Source: the human T2T-CHM13v2.0 reference genome, Homo sapiens. Taken from it: a stretch of 64,000 nt of DNA. The stretch lies in assembly GCF_009914755.1 (NCBI RefSeq), contig NC_060927.1. The stretch is one strand, 5' to 3'. Made by a program: the position numbers and the translations under genes. The notes under the pieces were generated by a model, which saw only the letters and a program-made list of their open reading frames with translations, did no database searches and had not been told where the DNA came from. Shown here in pieces: positions 24,353-38,302 of this stretch (the stretch's first letter is position 1; each line of letters opens with the position of its first letter).

Positions 24353-24985
24353 CTTGAGAAGGAAAGAGGATTGGAAAAATAAAAGATAAAAACCAGCCCT
24401 TAATGCTGGATGCAAGCAATTCACAAGGAACATCTTCACACTTGCGGAGCATACACCGCCAGCAATGTTTCTCAGCTGTGACAATTCCAAAAATCTCAGA
24501 ATTATTACGTGATTTACTTTTTTGCTGTACAAGGCTTTCTGTACATACTACTTTAGAGAAAATCCACTGAAGAATATTAGAAGACCAAAACGTCATATAT
24601 AACAAATCCGTGATCTCAGTAAAATATGGCCTACTCTTTTCAGAAAAAATACAACGCAATGACAATGTCCTTCTCTCTTTAAGAAAAAGATCTCAGTCTA
24701 ATTGAAAGAAATTAAGAAGCCGTGAAACACACTCTACTTTATTCTGACACTGTGCTACAACTTGCATGGATGTAGAATATGTAAAAGGACGACACAAGAG
24801 CTAGGACCCCATTATCTGAAAACGACATTGAACCTTATAGTTCTCAATCGGAAGACCTTTTCACATGCCTGTTACTTTTCATATTTATTATCATGCTTCG
24901 GTTTTCTGACATCGTTTCTTCATAAAAGTACATGCTCACTCAAAGATGGGAGCTGTGTTTCCAAATGAATTGGATATAGAACTCT

Positions 24986-25207
24986 TGGCCCAGCACCATG
25001 GCTCACACCTGTAATCCGAGCACTTTGGGTGGCCGAGGCTGATGGGTCACCTGAGGTCAGGAGTTCCAGACCAGCCTGGCCAACGTGGTGAAACCCCGTC
25101 TCCAGTGAAAAAAAAAAAAAAAATCAGCAGAGCGTGGTGGCGGGTAATCCTAGCTAATCGGGAGGCTGAAGCAGGAGAATCCCTTAGAACCTGGAAGGCA
25201 GAGATTG
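24986..25207 (+). mobile_element. 3'-truncated Alu abutting satellite
   Basis: Right arm stops at ggcagagattg and runs directly into gacaccctgtgat satellite units; no tail. Confidence 0.88.
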
Positions 25208-27720
25208 GACACCCTGTGATAGGATTTTTGGTATCCTAGGGAGATATTGCTCCTGACAGCAGAGTGGCCATACACCCTGTGATATTATTTGTAATATCCT
25301 AGAAAGATATTGCTCCTAATATCACGGTGGCTCTACACCCTGTGATCTTAATTGTAATATCCTACAGAGATATTACTTCTAATAATACAGTGGGTGTACA
25401 CCCTGTGATATTATTCATAATATATTACAGAGATACGACTCCTGATATCACAGTGTGTGTACACCATGTTTGTACACCCTGTGATCTTATTTGTAACAAC
25501 TTAAAAAAAATTACAGCTAATATCAAAGTGGGTGTACACCCTGCGATGTTATTTGTTATCTACTAGGTAGATATTACTCCTAATATCACAGTGAGTGTAC
25601 ACCATGTGTGTACAGACTGTGAAATTATTCGTAGTACCCTAGGAAGATATTACTCCTCATATCTCAGTGGGTGTACACCGTGAATGATATTTTTTTCTAA
25701 TATCCAGCGGGGGAGAGGATGATATTGCTTCCAATATCACAGAAGGTGTACACCCCCCTGTGATATTGTTCCTAATATCCAGGGAAGGAGAGGATGACAT
25801 TATTCGCAATATCACTGGGGGTGTACCACCTCCCGCCGGGATATTGTTCTTAATATCCGGAGGTAGAGAGAATGATGTTACTCCCAATATCACAGGGGGT
25901 GTACACCACCCCTGTTTGTAAACACCCCCTGTGATATTGTTCCAAATGGCCTGTGAAAGAGTAAACATGACTCCCATTATCGCGGGGGGTGTTCAGCCCT
26001 GATGATATTGTTTTCTGACATCCAGGGAAGGAGAGTATGCTATTACTCCGAATATCGCACGGGTTGTACACCCTTTTGTGTTTTAGCGCCCAATATCCAG
26101 GAAAATAGAGTATGATATTACTTCCCATATCGAAGTAATTGTACAGCACCCCTGTGATATTCTTCCTAATATCCAGAAAGGAAAAGAATGATATTACTCC
26201 CAACAACGTAGGAAACGTATACCCGCGCTGTGGTATCTTTCCCAGTATCCAGGTGGGGAGAGGATCATATTACTTCCAATGTCGCAGGGTGTGTACACCC
26301 CCTCTGTGATCTCATTGCTAACATCCAGGTTTGGGGAGGACGACATTACTCCCAATATCGCAGGGGGAGTACATCCCCCCGTGACCTTGTTAGTCATTTC
26401 CTAGGTGGAGAGGATGATCTCACTCCCAATATCGCAGGGGGTGTACACACACCTGTGAAAATCTTCCTATTTCTGGAGGGAGAGAGGATGGTATTACTCC
26501 CACTACCGCAGGGGGTTTCCACAGCCCTGTGATACTCTTCCTAATATACACAGGGAGAGAGGATGATATCACTCCCAATATCGCAGGGGGTGTACACAAC
26601 CCTGTGATATTGTTCCTAATATCCAGAGTGAAAGAGGATGACATGACTCTCAATATCGCAGAGGGTGTACACCCCTCCTGTAATATTGTTCTGAATACCC
26701 TGGGAGGCAGAGGATAAGGTTACGTTGAATATCGCAGGGAATGTACACCCTTCCCCTCTGATACCCTTCCTAATGTCCAGGGGAAAAGAGGAAAATTTCA
26801 CTCCCAATATCACAGAGGCAGTACACCCCACCTGTGATGTTGTTCCCAATATGCAAGGGGGGAGGGGATGATACTACTCTCAATATCGCAGGGCTGTTCA
26901 CATCCCCAGTGACATTTTTTCCTAATATCTAAGGGAGAGACAATTATATGACAGCAAAGGTCGCAGGGTCTGTACCTCCCTTCCTGATATTGCTCCTAAT
27001 ATCCAGGGGGGAAGAGGATGATATCAAATATGAAAGGGGGTGTACATCCCCCACCCCTACGATATTGTTCTTAGTAATCGTGAGGGGAGAAGATGATATT
27101 GCTCCAAGTATCGCAGGGGTTGTTCACAACCCCTGTGATATTGTTTGTGATATCCAGGGGGGGAGAAAATCATATTACCTCCAATATTGCAGGTGGTGTA
27201 TACCCCACCAGAAATATGGCACCGAATATCCAAAGAGGGAGAGGATGGTATTCATACCAATATCGAAGTGTGTGTACACGCCCCTTGTGATATGGTTTTT
27301 AATATCCAGTAGGCGGGAGGATGATATTAGTCCCAACATCCCAGAGGGTGTACACTACCCCTGTGATATTGTCCCTAACTTCCAGAGGGGAGAGGATGAT
27401 ATCACTTCCAATATCTCAGAAGTTGCACATCCCCCGTGATATTGTTCGTCATATCCAGGGAGGCGCAGGATGACATTCCATAGAATTTCGTGACAGGCGT
27501 ACACGCAGAGTGTGATATTGTTCCTAATATCCAAGAAGGGAGAGGATGATATTACTGCCAATAAAGCAGTGGGTGTACATCACCCGTGTGTTATTGTCTC
27601 TAATATCCGGGGCCGGGGGAGCGGGGGAGAGGATAACATTCCCTCAAATTTAGGAGGTGGTTTGACGCCCCTTGTGGTGTTGTTTTAAATATCCAGCGGG
27701 GAAGACAATAGTACTATTTT
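25208..27720. repeat. SATR1/SATR2-type satellite array (left)
   Basis: Imperfect tandem units built on gatattactcctaatatcacag...gtgtacaccctgtgatatt; ggagaggatgatatt variant from ~25690. Confidence 0.88.
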
Positions 27721-27724
27721 TGAT

Positions 27725-30700
27725 GGCCCGATTCATCCACTCCACCTTTCCGGAACTCTGAGGCCAGGAGGCGGCATGCGGTTTCCGTGTGATCCCCAAT
27801 ACCTTTGCTGTCTTCTGTACCAAGGCAGCCAAAAACACAGGCCCGTTGTCTGAGCCGATCCGTAAGGCGGTCGAAATCTAGGAATTAGATCTCGAAGAAG
27901 CACAGGGGTTTCTTCACCAGCTTTCTCAGTTCGTGTTGGATAGGCCTCCACCCACCCAGAGTAGGTACGCCCAAGAACTAGTACATACTTGTTACCTCCA
28001 CACTTTGGCATCTCTGTGAAGTCCACCTGGAGACCTTCAAAGGGGGCTGCTCCATAAGCTCGTATGCCGGGCGGAACGGCTGGACCTTGCCTCGCATCAT
28101 GCTGTTGGCAGGTAACACACCACTGCCTCACCGTTTTGGCAAGGGCTGACAGAGGTGAGATGTAGAAATACCAGCCTAACAACTTTTCCAGTGACTCCTG
28201 ATCTCGATGGGTGGTTTCTTGCACAGCCAGTACAACTGCAGCTCCTAGCAGCTGTGGCACAGCTAGTCTCCCATCTGGTAACCGAATCCATCCTTCCTCC
28301 ATCACTTGTCCTTCCCTCTACCTGGAGAAGGTCCTTTTCTTCTTTAGAAGAAGTAGGTCCAAGATCAGGTGCTTGAGGGAGCACTGATGCCCAGAAGGGG
28401 GCAGATGCTGCTTTTCGAGCCTCTGAGTCAGCGCGGGAATTCCCCAAACCCAGCAAGGTGGAAGCTCGCTGGTGTCCTCTGCAATGCATAACTGCCACCT
28501 CGTGGGGTTTCCATACTGTTTCTAATCATTGCAAGATTTCTTGTTGTTATTTTCTGTCTTTTCCCCCAGAGTTCAGTAGGCCCTTTTCTTTCTATCATGC
28601 TCCATGCACTTGAAGGGTTGAAAAGACATACCGAGAATCAGTGTAAATGTTGACAGTCTCAACCTCACTGAGTTCTAAGGCCCGAATGAAAGCAACGAGT
28701 TCAGCTTTCTGGGCTGAAGTGGCCTGGGGCAACGATCTGGCTTCAACAACAGTGTCCAGGGTTACCACTGCATACCCTGCACCTCTCTCTCCTTGGGGGT
28801 TGAAGAAGCTGCTCCCATCCACGTATAGTTCCCAGTCTACTGATGCCCAAGCCTGGTCCCGGAGGTCAGGTCTGCTAGAGTCAACTGAGTCCAACACTTC
28901 TACACAATCAGGCTCGACAGGGCTCTCTGATACCGGGAGCAAGGTGGCAGGGTGTAGGGTGTTACAAACTTCAGTGGTTATACGGGGATTTTCACAGAGC
29001 AAAGTTTGGTACTTGGTGAGTCTGGCATCCGTTAGCCAATGATGTCCTTTAGTATTCATTAAAGTCACCACAGCACGGGAGGCCTTTATGTTCAGGTTTT
29101 GCCCAAGAGTCAGCTTATTTGCTTCTTGTACTAGCAGGGCAGTTGCTGCCAAGGCCCTCAAACAGGGGGGCCATCCTTTAGAAACCCCATCTAGTTGTTT
29201 AGAGAGGTAGGCCACCGGCCTCGGCCAGGGCCCCACAGTTTGGGTTCAAAGTCCAGCTGCCATCTTTTCTCTCTCTGATGCATACAATGGAAAAGGCTTT
29301 GTCAGATCGGGTAGCCCCAGGGCTGGGGCTGCCAGAAGTTTTTCCTTTAACTCATGAAAGACTTGCTGTTGTTGGGATCTGCATTCCAAAGGTTCCCGGT
29401 CCCCACCCCCTTTGTGACCTCATACAAAGGCTTGGCTAATACTGCAAAGTTTGGGATCCACAGTCTACAAAACCCCACAGCTCCTAAGAATTCTCTCACC
29501 TGCCTCCTGCTCTTAGGCTTCGCTAGATTGCAAATGACCTGCTTTCATTCTGATTCCGGGCTGCTTTCTGACCCCTGTCGGATAGTCAATCCAAAGTAAC
29601 ATACCTGCCATCAGCAGATCTGAGCTTTCTTCTTGGACACCTTCTACCCACAGTCCTCCAGGTGCCGGTGTAGGGCATCTGTTCCCTTGGCACACCCGAC
29701 TGCCGTGGGGTGTTCCAGCAGAAGGTCATCAACCTACTGGAGCAACATGCAGCCTAGGTCTCTGCTGGGAAACTTCTGCAGGTCTCGAGCCAACGCCTCC
29801 CCGAAGATGGTGGGGGAGTTCTTGAACCCTTGGGGAAGCCCGGTCCAAGTGTACTGAGTAGTGACACCTGACTCCGGATCTTCCCACTGAAACGCAAACA
29901 GCTTCTGCCTCTCAAGGGCTAATCTGATAGGAAAGAAAGCGTCTTTCAGGTCCAAGCAGGTGAACCAGCTGTCCTCAGCTGGCAGCAACCCCAACAATGT
30001 GGACGGGTTAGGTACTGTTGGATGGAAAGTCAGTGTAGCTTGATGAAGCAAGTGCAAATCCTGTGCCGGCCGGTAGTCCTTGGTCCGTGGCTTGGGAACA
30101 GGCAGGAGGGGAGTGTTCCATGGAGACTGACGAGGACCAATAATTCCAAAAGTTCTCAGGTGCTTGAGACGGACCTGGATACCTTGAAGGGCTTCTCTGG
30201 GGACCTGGTCCTGTTTTTGTCTCACTGGCTGGGCCCCAGTCTTAACTGGCCAATCCCGGAGGGTTGTCTTCTGCCCGTACTCTTGGCCACCGCTTAGCCA
30301 GAGCTGGTCTTCTCTCTTGGCCTGGCTCCGTTAAGAAAAGTCTCCATTCCTCCTCTCGGGGGACCATAAGGGTCATAATGACCCCCGTTCCGGGTAACTT
30401 TAGCAGCAAAGAGCCGTGCTCTGTCAAAGACATAGTGGCTCTCAGCTTGCTGAGCAAGTCCCTTCCCAAAAAGGTCAAGGGACAGTCAGGCATGTACCAA
30501 AACTGATGAGTGACTTTATGTCCTCCTACAGTACAAGTCTGAGACAAGCAGAAAGCTTGCTTTGCTGAAACCCCCGTGGCTCCGATGATGTCAATAGTCT
30601 TTTTGGATAAGGGGGCGACCGGGGCGCTTGCTAGCGAATGTTCAGCACCGCTATCTACAAGAAAGTCAACGTCTCCACCCCCGACTGTCATTCTGAGCAG

Positions 30701-31805
30701 AGGCTCTTTGGGGACGCTTGAGCCCGGTCTCCCTCAGTCCAAGAACCCTTCCGCCAGGTTGAGCAGGGCCCCTTCCTCCTTGTCCAGGGCCTCCTGCTCT
30801 GAGTCACCTTGTTTTCTTTTGAGCTGAGGGCGTTTGTTTTTCCACTGTCCTATTTCTTTACAATGAGCACACTGGATGCGCTGCAAACTCTGACAGCCAA
30901 GCTGAGTTTCTTTCCCAGGGCCCCCTTTCCCTTGCCTCTTTGTGGGGGGCCCTCTGATTGCTGCAGCTGACAAACAGGTCGGCGTGTCCCCAGGCCTGAC
31001 CTCCATTCTCTTTGCCATTTTCCTTAGGGCTTACTGCATCCCTGTTTATGAACACCTGGCTAGCTATTTCTAGTAATTGTGATGGATTCATCCCTGCAAG
31101 CCCAGCCTGTTTCTGCAGTTTTCTTCTCATGTCTTCTGCGCTTTGACGGACTAAAGCCATGTGAATCATGTGCTGATTTTCAGGGCTATCGGGATCAAAG
31201 GGAGTATACATACGATAGGCCTCACACAGTCTCTCGTAGAATTGTGCTGGACTTTCTTCTTTTCCCTGAATGACCTCAGAGAGCTTGTTAACGTTTGTGG
31301 CCTTCTGAGCTCCCCTCATTAATCCTTCCAAGAGAGCTTCCCTGTCTCGGTTTAGCCTTTGCATCTCCTCTCTTTCATGTGGGTCCAACTGGGGGTCGGT
31401 TCCTGGCAACTGGGTCCTTCCATATTCTTGGGGGTTTTGATAATCAGCTAGTGCATGTTCCTCTAGCCACTTAGTTCCTGCTTGGAGGACTCTCCGCCTT
31501 TCTTCGCTGTTAAAAGAGGAACATGAGCAACTGGTGCCAATCAGCCCAGGTGGGGTTGTGGGTCTGAATAACAGCTTGGAGCAAATCAATTAGTGCTTGT
31601 GGCTTTTCGGTATAGGGCGGTGTATTGTTTTTCCAGTTGAGAAGGTGGACGCAGGTGAAGTGCTGGTACCCAAAAACACGCCTCTCCACCACGTGACCAT
31701 CCTCGTCTATCCCAGTATAACGCTGCACTCTCAGGGGCATTTGTGTCCCCGTTTTGGGTCGTAAACGAGCTGCCGAGGGAGGGGTGGAATGGCGCAATGC
31801 GACTT
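27725..31805 (-). mobile_element. LTR-less truncated HERV-E gag-pro-pol segment (~4.1 kb), defective
   Basis: Gag capsid (LLNWKNNTP, QGKEESPAQFYERL), decayed zinc knuckle, stop at 30734-30736, protease FLVDSGA, RT (LDLKDAFF, LPQGFKNSP, YVDD mutated to *VDD), RNase H (YVDGSS, NIYTDSRY), integrase (QVDFTEMP) cut after SSGKVEWMNR; many frameshifts; no LTR or env. Confidence 0.9.
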
Positions 31806-31809
31806 ACCG

Positions 31810-32160
31810 CAATTAATAATCTCAATTATTAATTGACACTAATAATTATCAATATCAATAACCCATAATATAATTTTTAAAATCAATAACGATAATAACG
31901 ATAATAATGATAATTACTATTAAATAGTTATAAAAACGATAAAAATAAATGATTAATATTAATGATTAATGACGCCTGATATTAATAACTGATATTGATC
32001 TTATTCATTAGAACACAGTAATATTAGCTCCTAATAATTAATATTAATATTAATAATGGGAAACTTTTATTAGCAATTATTTCTTAATATTGATATTAAT
32101 ATCGGTCATTCATATTCCTGATAATAAAAAATGAGGAATAATTCATACTAATATTACGCC
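31810..32160. repeat. Extremely AT-rich low-complexity spacer
   Basis: ~350 bp of aat/taat/gataat units between the gag truncation and the satellite. Confidence 0.85.
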
Positions 32161-35100
32161 CTAACACCTCAGGGGGTGTACACCCACCTGTGATATTGCT
32201 CCTAATCTCCAGGGAGGGAGAGAGCATGATACTACGTTCAATATCGCAGTAGGTGTACACACAGCCGGTGATATTGATCCGAATATAATCTCCAGGGGGT
32301 GGAGTATGACGTTACTCCCAATATAGCACTGAGTGTGCATCCACCCGGTGAATTTGCTCCTAATATTCACGGAAGAAGAGAATGCCATTACTCCCAACAT
32401 CACAGGAAGTGTATACCCCCGTGTGAGATGGTCCTTAAAAATATTCCAAGGCCGAGGAGGTGATATGACTACATGTATGGCAGAAAGTGGACACCCCCAA
32501 GGATATCGTTCCCATGATCCTGGAAGGAAGAGGATAATGTTACTTTCAACATCACAGAAGGTGGACACGTCCCCAATGATATTATTTCTAATTGCAGCGT
32601 GTGAGAGGAGGACATGACACCCGATATCCCAGGGAGCAGAAACACCCCTGTGATACTGTTCATAATATTCAGGGAGGAAGAGGATGATATGACTCCCAAT
32701 ACAGACGGATGTACAACCTCTGTACACAAAGGGTGTACACAGGTCTGCGAAACGGTTCATAATCTCCAGAGGGGGAGATGATATTACTCACAATATGATA
32801 AACAGGCTGTGAGTCCACCGCGGATCCTAAGAGCCAGGGGGGCAAGAGGGGCTGGCTCTTACTCCCCGCATCGCGGGGGGCGCCTCGCCTCCCTGCCATT
32901 TGGATCTTAATATATGCGGGGGGAGAGGCGGGTGGTATTACTCCCCGAATCGCTGGGGGCGCCTCGCCCCCCTGCCATTTGGATCTTAATATCTGCGGGG
33001 GGAGAGGCGGGTGGTATTACTCCCCGCATCGCGAGGGGCGCCTCGCCCGCCTGCCATTTGGATCGTAATATCCGGGGGTGGAGAGGCGGGTGATATTACT
33101 CCCCGCATCACGTGGGGCGCCCTGTTCCCCCTGCGATGTGGCTCGTAATATCCAGGTGGGGAGAGGGGGTGATATTACTCCCTTTGTCCTAGCATGTTTT
33201 CTCTACTGCCACACTTGGTCTACACCCTGGGACATTATTTTCCATATTCTAGGAAGGTGTCACTGTTTAAGTCCCAGGGGATATACATCCTGTGATATTA
33301 TTCGTGCTATTGTAGCGAAATGTGAATCCTGATGTCACAATTCTCTACACACTCTGATATTATTCGCAATACCCTAGTGGGACGTTAATAATTATGTCAC
33401 AATGTGTGTACAGGTTGTGTTATGATTCTTAATCTCCTAAGGGGAGGTTGATTTTATTGTCACACGGAATATTTTCCCTGTGGTATGATTCAGAATATCC
33501 TGGAGGGATGTCACTCCTTATGTCACAGAGTTTGTACGCCTTTTCAAATTACTCGTATTACCCTTGTGAGATATCACTCCTCATATCACCGAGGGTATAC
33601 ACTCTGTGATATTATCATCATATTCTAGGGAAATGTTGCTTTTAATGTCACAGATGTTGCTCACCTTGTGAAATTTTTCGTTATAGTTTTGTGGGATGTG
33701 ACTCCTAATGTCACACAGGGTGTACACACAGGGATATTACGTGAATCTTCTATAGAAATGTTACTCGTAAATCACAGGTCCTGTACACCCTTTAATATTC
33801 TTCGTCATATTCTAGGAAAACGTGACTACTAATGTGTCAGGGCGTGGAGGCCCTGTCATAAAATTCGCAATATCCAAGCGGGAGTTCACTACTAATTTCA
33901 CAATGCGTGTACACCCTTTGATATTGTTCGTATTATCCTAAAGAGATGTGACTCCTGATGTCCCAATGCATGTACATTCTCTGATATTATTCGTTATATC
34001 CTCGGGGGATGTGACTTCTAATGTCACATGGCGTGTACTTCCTGTGTTCTATTTCATAATATCCTAGGGCAATCGTACTGTTAATGACACAGGCGGTGTA
34101 CACATTCTGAGATTATTCATGATATTCTAGAAGGATGTTACTCCTAATTTCACAGGGGTGTACACCTGTGATAGTATTCATAATTTCCCAGGGGTCTATA
34201 CTCCTAATGTCACAGAAGATAACACCCTGTGACATTATTCGTAATATTCTGATGAGATGATTCTCCTAATATCACAGGGGGTGTACACCCTCTGATAGTA
34301 TTCTTATTATTCTAGGGGGATGTCACTCTTAATGTCACAGGTGTGTTCCTTCTGTGATATTATTGAAAATATGCTAGCTGGATACTACTACTAATGTCAC
34401 AATGCGTGTACACCTTGTGATATTATTAGTACTATTCTGTGCGGATGTTACCCCTAACGTTACAGGGGTGTACACCGTGTGATATTGCTCCCGATATTGT
34501 AGGGGGATGTTACTCCTAATGTCACAGGGGGTGTACAGCCATCGATATTATTTGTAATCTTATAGAGAGATATTACTTTAATGATCACAGTGGGTGTAAA
34601 CACATGGGCTACACCCACTGGGATATTATTTGTAATATCTGAGGGAGATATAACTCCTAATATCACAGTGGGTGTACCCCATGTGTGTACGTCCTGTGAT
34701 ATTATTTGTAATATCCATGGTAAACATTACTTCTAGTATCCCACAGAGGGTACACCCTGTGATATTTTTCATAATATCATAGGGAGATATTGCTTCTAAT
34801 AACATAGTGGGTGTACACCATGTGTGTACACTCTGTGATGTGATAGCTTATATCCTAGGGAGATATTCCTTCTAATATCACAGTGAGTGTGCACCCTGTG
34901 ATATCATTCGTAATCTCCTAGAAAGATGTTGCTGCTAATATCACAGAGGGTGTGCCCCCAGTGACATCATTCGAAATATCCTAGGGAGATGTCACTCATA
35001 ATGTCACAGGGGTTGTACACCCTGTTATATTGTTGTAATATTCTGGGGGGTGTTACTTTTAAAGTCACAGGGGTGTACACTCTGTGATGTTGTTCGTAAT

Positions 35101-36275
35101 ATCCTAGGAAGGGGTTACTCCTAATATCACATGGGTTATCCTAGGAAGACGTTACTCCTAATATCACACTCCTAATATCACACCCTGTGATAGCATTCGG
35201 AATATCCAAAAGGGATGTTACTTTTAATGTCACATGGGGTGTACACCCTTTGATAATATTCGTAAGATCCTAGGGACATATGACTTCAAATATCACATTG
35301 GGTGTACACACATGGTGTACACATTGTGTGTGAACACCTCCTGTGATATTATCCATAATATCCTAGGAAAATGGGACTCCTAATATCACGGTCAGTGTAC
35401 ACCCTGTGATATTATTGGTAATATCCTAAAGGATGTTACCACTAAGGTCACAATGTATGTACGTCCCCTGATGTTATTCGTTATATCCTCGGGGGATGTT
35501 ACTCCTAATGTCACACGGGGTGTACTCCCTGTGATATTATTCGTAATATCCTAGGGGGATGTTACTTTCAATGTCACCGGGGGTGTATATCATGCGTATT
35601 CAACGCCTGTGATCCTATTCCTAATATCCTAGGGGCATGTTCCTCCTAATGTCACATGTGGGGAACACCGTATGTGTACACCTGCTGTGATATTATTCGT
35701 AATATCCTAGGGGAATATTACTCCTGATGGCACAGGAGATGTACACCATGTGTGTCAACCGCCTGTGTCATTATTTGTAATATCCTAGGGGGATGTTTCC
35801 TTGAATGGCACAAAGTGTGCGCAAAAGGTCATAGAAGATGTACACCTTGTGATGTTATCTGCAATACCCTAGAAGGATGTTACTCCTAATATGTCACAGG
35901 GGTGTACACACTTTGCTATTATTTGTAATCTCATAGAGAGATATGAGTTCAAATGTCACAGTGGATGTTCACACATAGTGTATACCCTGTGATATTATTC
36001 GTAATATCCTAGGGAGATGCAACTCCTGATATCACAGTGCGTGTACCTGGTGTGTGTACACCCTTGATACGAGTTGTGATATCCAGGGTAAATATGACTC
36101 CTCATATCACACAGTGTGCACACCCTGTGATATTTTTCATAATATTTAAGGGAGATAGTGCTTCTAATATCACCGTGGGTGTACCCCATGTGTGTGTACT
36201 CTGTGACAGTATTTTTTATGTCCTAGGGAGGTATTACTCGTAATATCACAGTGGGTCTTCACCCTGTGATATCAT
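32160..36275. repeat. SATR2/SATR1-type satellite array (right)
   Basis: Same unit family as the left array; CpG-rich 79-bp sub-array at 32861-33180. Confidence 0.88.
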
Positions 36276-36277
36276 TC

Positions 36278-37329
36278 TTATTTGACCTTGCTGTCTTTGT
36301 TAACCCACCCTACAAAAGGAATGGAACAGATAAGAACGTATTGAGATTAGACTGTGCTGCCATGCGGCCGCCGTAGGACACTTTTAATATCCCCGTTTCT
36401 CAGGCTGTAGATGAAGGAGTTCAGCATGGGGGTGACCACCGTGTACGTACGTCACTGAGGCCACTGCACCCTTTCTCGGGGAAGATGACACATCTGAACC
36501 AAGGTACCCTCCAACGCCTGCTCCATAAAATCAGCAAACAACTGACAGGTGAGACCCACAGGTGGAGAAGGTTTGTACTTCCCACCTGATGATGAAACCC
36601 TCAGAATGGAGGAAACAATTTTACAGTAAGAGAAAAGGGTCCCCGAGATGGGAAGAAAACCAAATACGGCAGCAGGGAAATACATGTTGTTGTTCCTGGT
36701 GAAGGTGTCACAACATGCAAGATGGGGGAGTTGAGAAGGTTCCCAGAAGAAATTAGGAATTTCCACATCCTTGAAGTAGGTCATTTGTAAGGCAATCAAG
36801 TTGTGCAGCTGGGAGTCTAAAAGACTGAGAGAAAAAAAAAAAAAACCAACAACAAAGACAACAAATCTAGGAAGCCACGGACAAACGGGTTCAAGATGGC
36901 TGAACGATATAGAAGGTGACAGATGGCTACAAACAGGTCATAGGCCATCACCTCAGGAGCATGTCTCTCTTCCATGCCTCCAAAAATGGCAAAGAGAGAC
37001 ATCTGAGTCAGGCAGCCTGCATAGGAGATGACTCTGCTGTGAGACTGGATGTCCACGCTCATCTTGGGGACCGTGGTGGAGGTGAAACCGATGTCAGGCA
37101 AGGACAGGTTGGAGAGGAAGAAGTACATGGGGGTGGGGAGGTGGGAGTCAGGGCTGACGGCCAGGATGATGAGCAGGTTCCCCAGCACCGTGACCAGGCA
37201 CATGGACAGGAACAGCCCAGCGACGACCGGCTGCAGTTCTGGATCCTCTGAGAGTTCGAGGAGGAGGAATATAGAGACATCTGTTAGACTCTGTGGGTCT
37301 GTATCGTTTGGATACGACCCTCTTTTGCC
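36278..37329 (-). pseudogene. Olfactory receptor family 7 subfamily E pseudogene (copy 2, different sub-lineage)
   Basis: LSEDPELQP, PMYFFLSNLS, MAYDLFVAICH, SILRVSSSGGKYK, YSLRN; multiple frameshifts including a poly-T tract (~36831-36844) and a 4-bp duplication near 36445. Confidence 0.95.
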
Positions 37330-38002
37330 TGGAAAAGAGGGTTGCAAAATCGGAAACAAGTAAACCAATACCCAGCATCGTGTCTGCATTTTGGATATAA
37401 GCAATACACAAGTCATGTTTTCCGATTTCCGAGCAATCCACACTCAGCAATATTTTGTAGTTCTGACAAGCTCAATTGCCTTATAATGCTTTCAACATCC
37501 ATTGCTGTGTTATTCACGTCTTGCTGTACACACCTGCCTTAGAGACACTAGCTTCAAGAACGTTCCAAGAACCAGATCATCATATACAACAAATTCGTAA
37601 TTGCTAGAAAATACAGCCTATCTTTTCCGAAGAAAAAGATGTAATGAAACCATTGTCTTCACTTTAAGAAAAAGGTTATCCTAATTAAAGGAAATTAAGA
37701 ACTCAAATATTTTATTTATTCTACTAGATTGATACAAATTCCCTTGATTTAGAACATTTGTAAACACTGTATAACAGCTGAGACCATGCCATCTGGAAAT
37801 GAAATGAAAGTTGATAGTTCCTAAGCAGAAAATAGTTCCACATGCCAGTTAGGTCCTAGTGATTTCATCATTCTGTTTTCGGACTTTTCTCCTTCGAGAG
37901 AGTAATTGCTTACTCAAATCGGTGGGTCTTGTTTTAAAATTCATGGAAGCTCTGACTCCTGTCCTTAGCTTAGGTGGACTTAGGGTTTTCATCAGAACGT
38001 TT

Positions 38003-38302
<300 letters not shown>

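Noticed and set aside
23585-24532. 315-aa ORF as an intact olfactory receptor
   Set aside because: The N-terminus is out-of-frame or intronic sequence and the ORF stops in TM6; pseudogene.
25208-36275. CRISPR-like array of palindromic repeats next to an RT/integrase
   Set aside because: Primate satellite with degenerate tandem units, no unique spacers and no cas genes; the RT is a dead retroviral pol.
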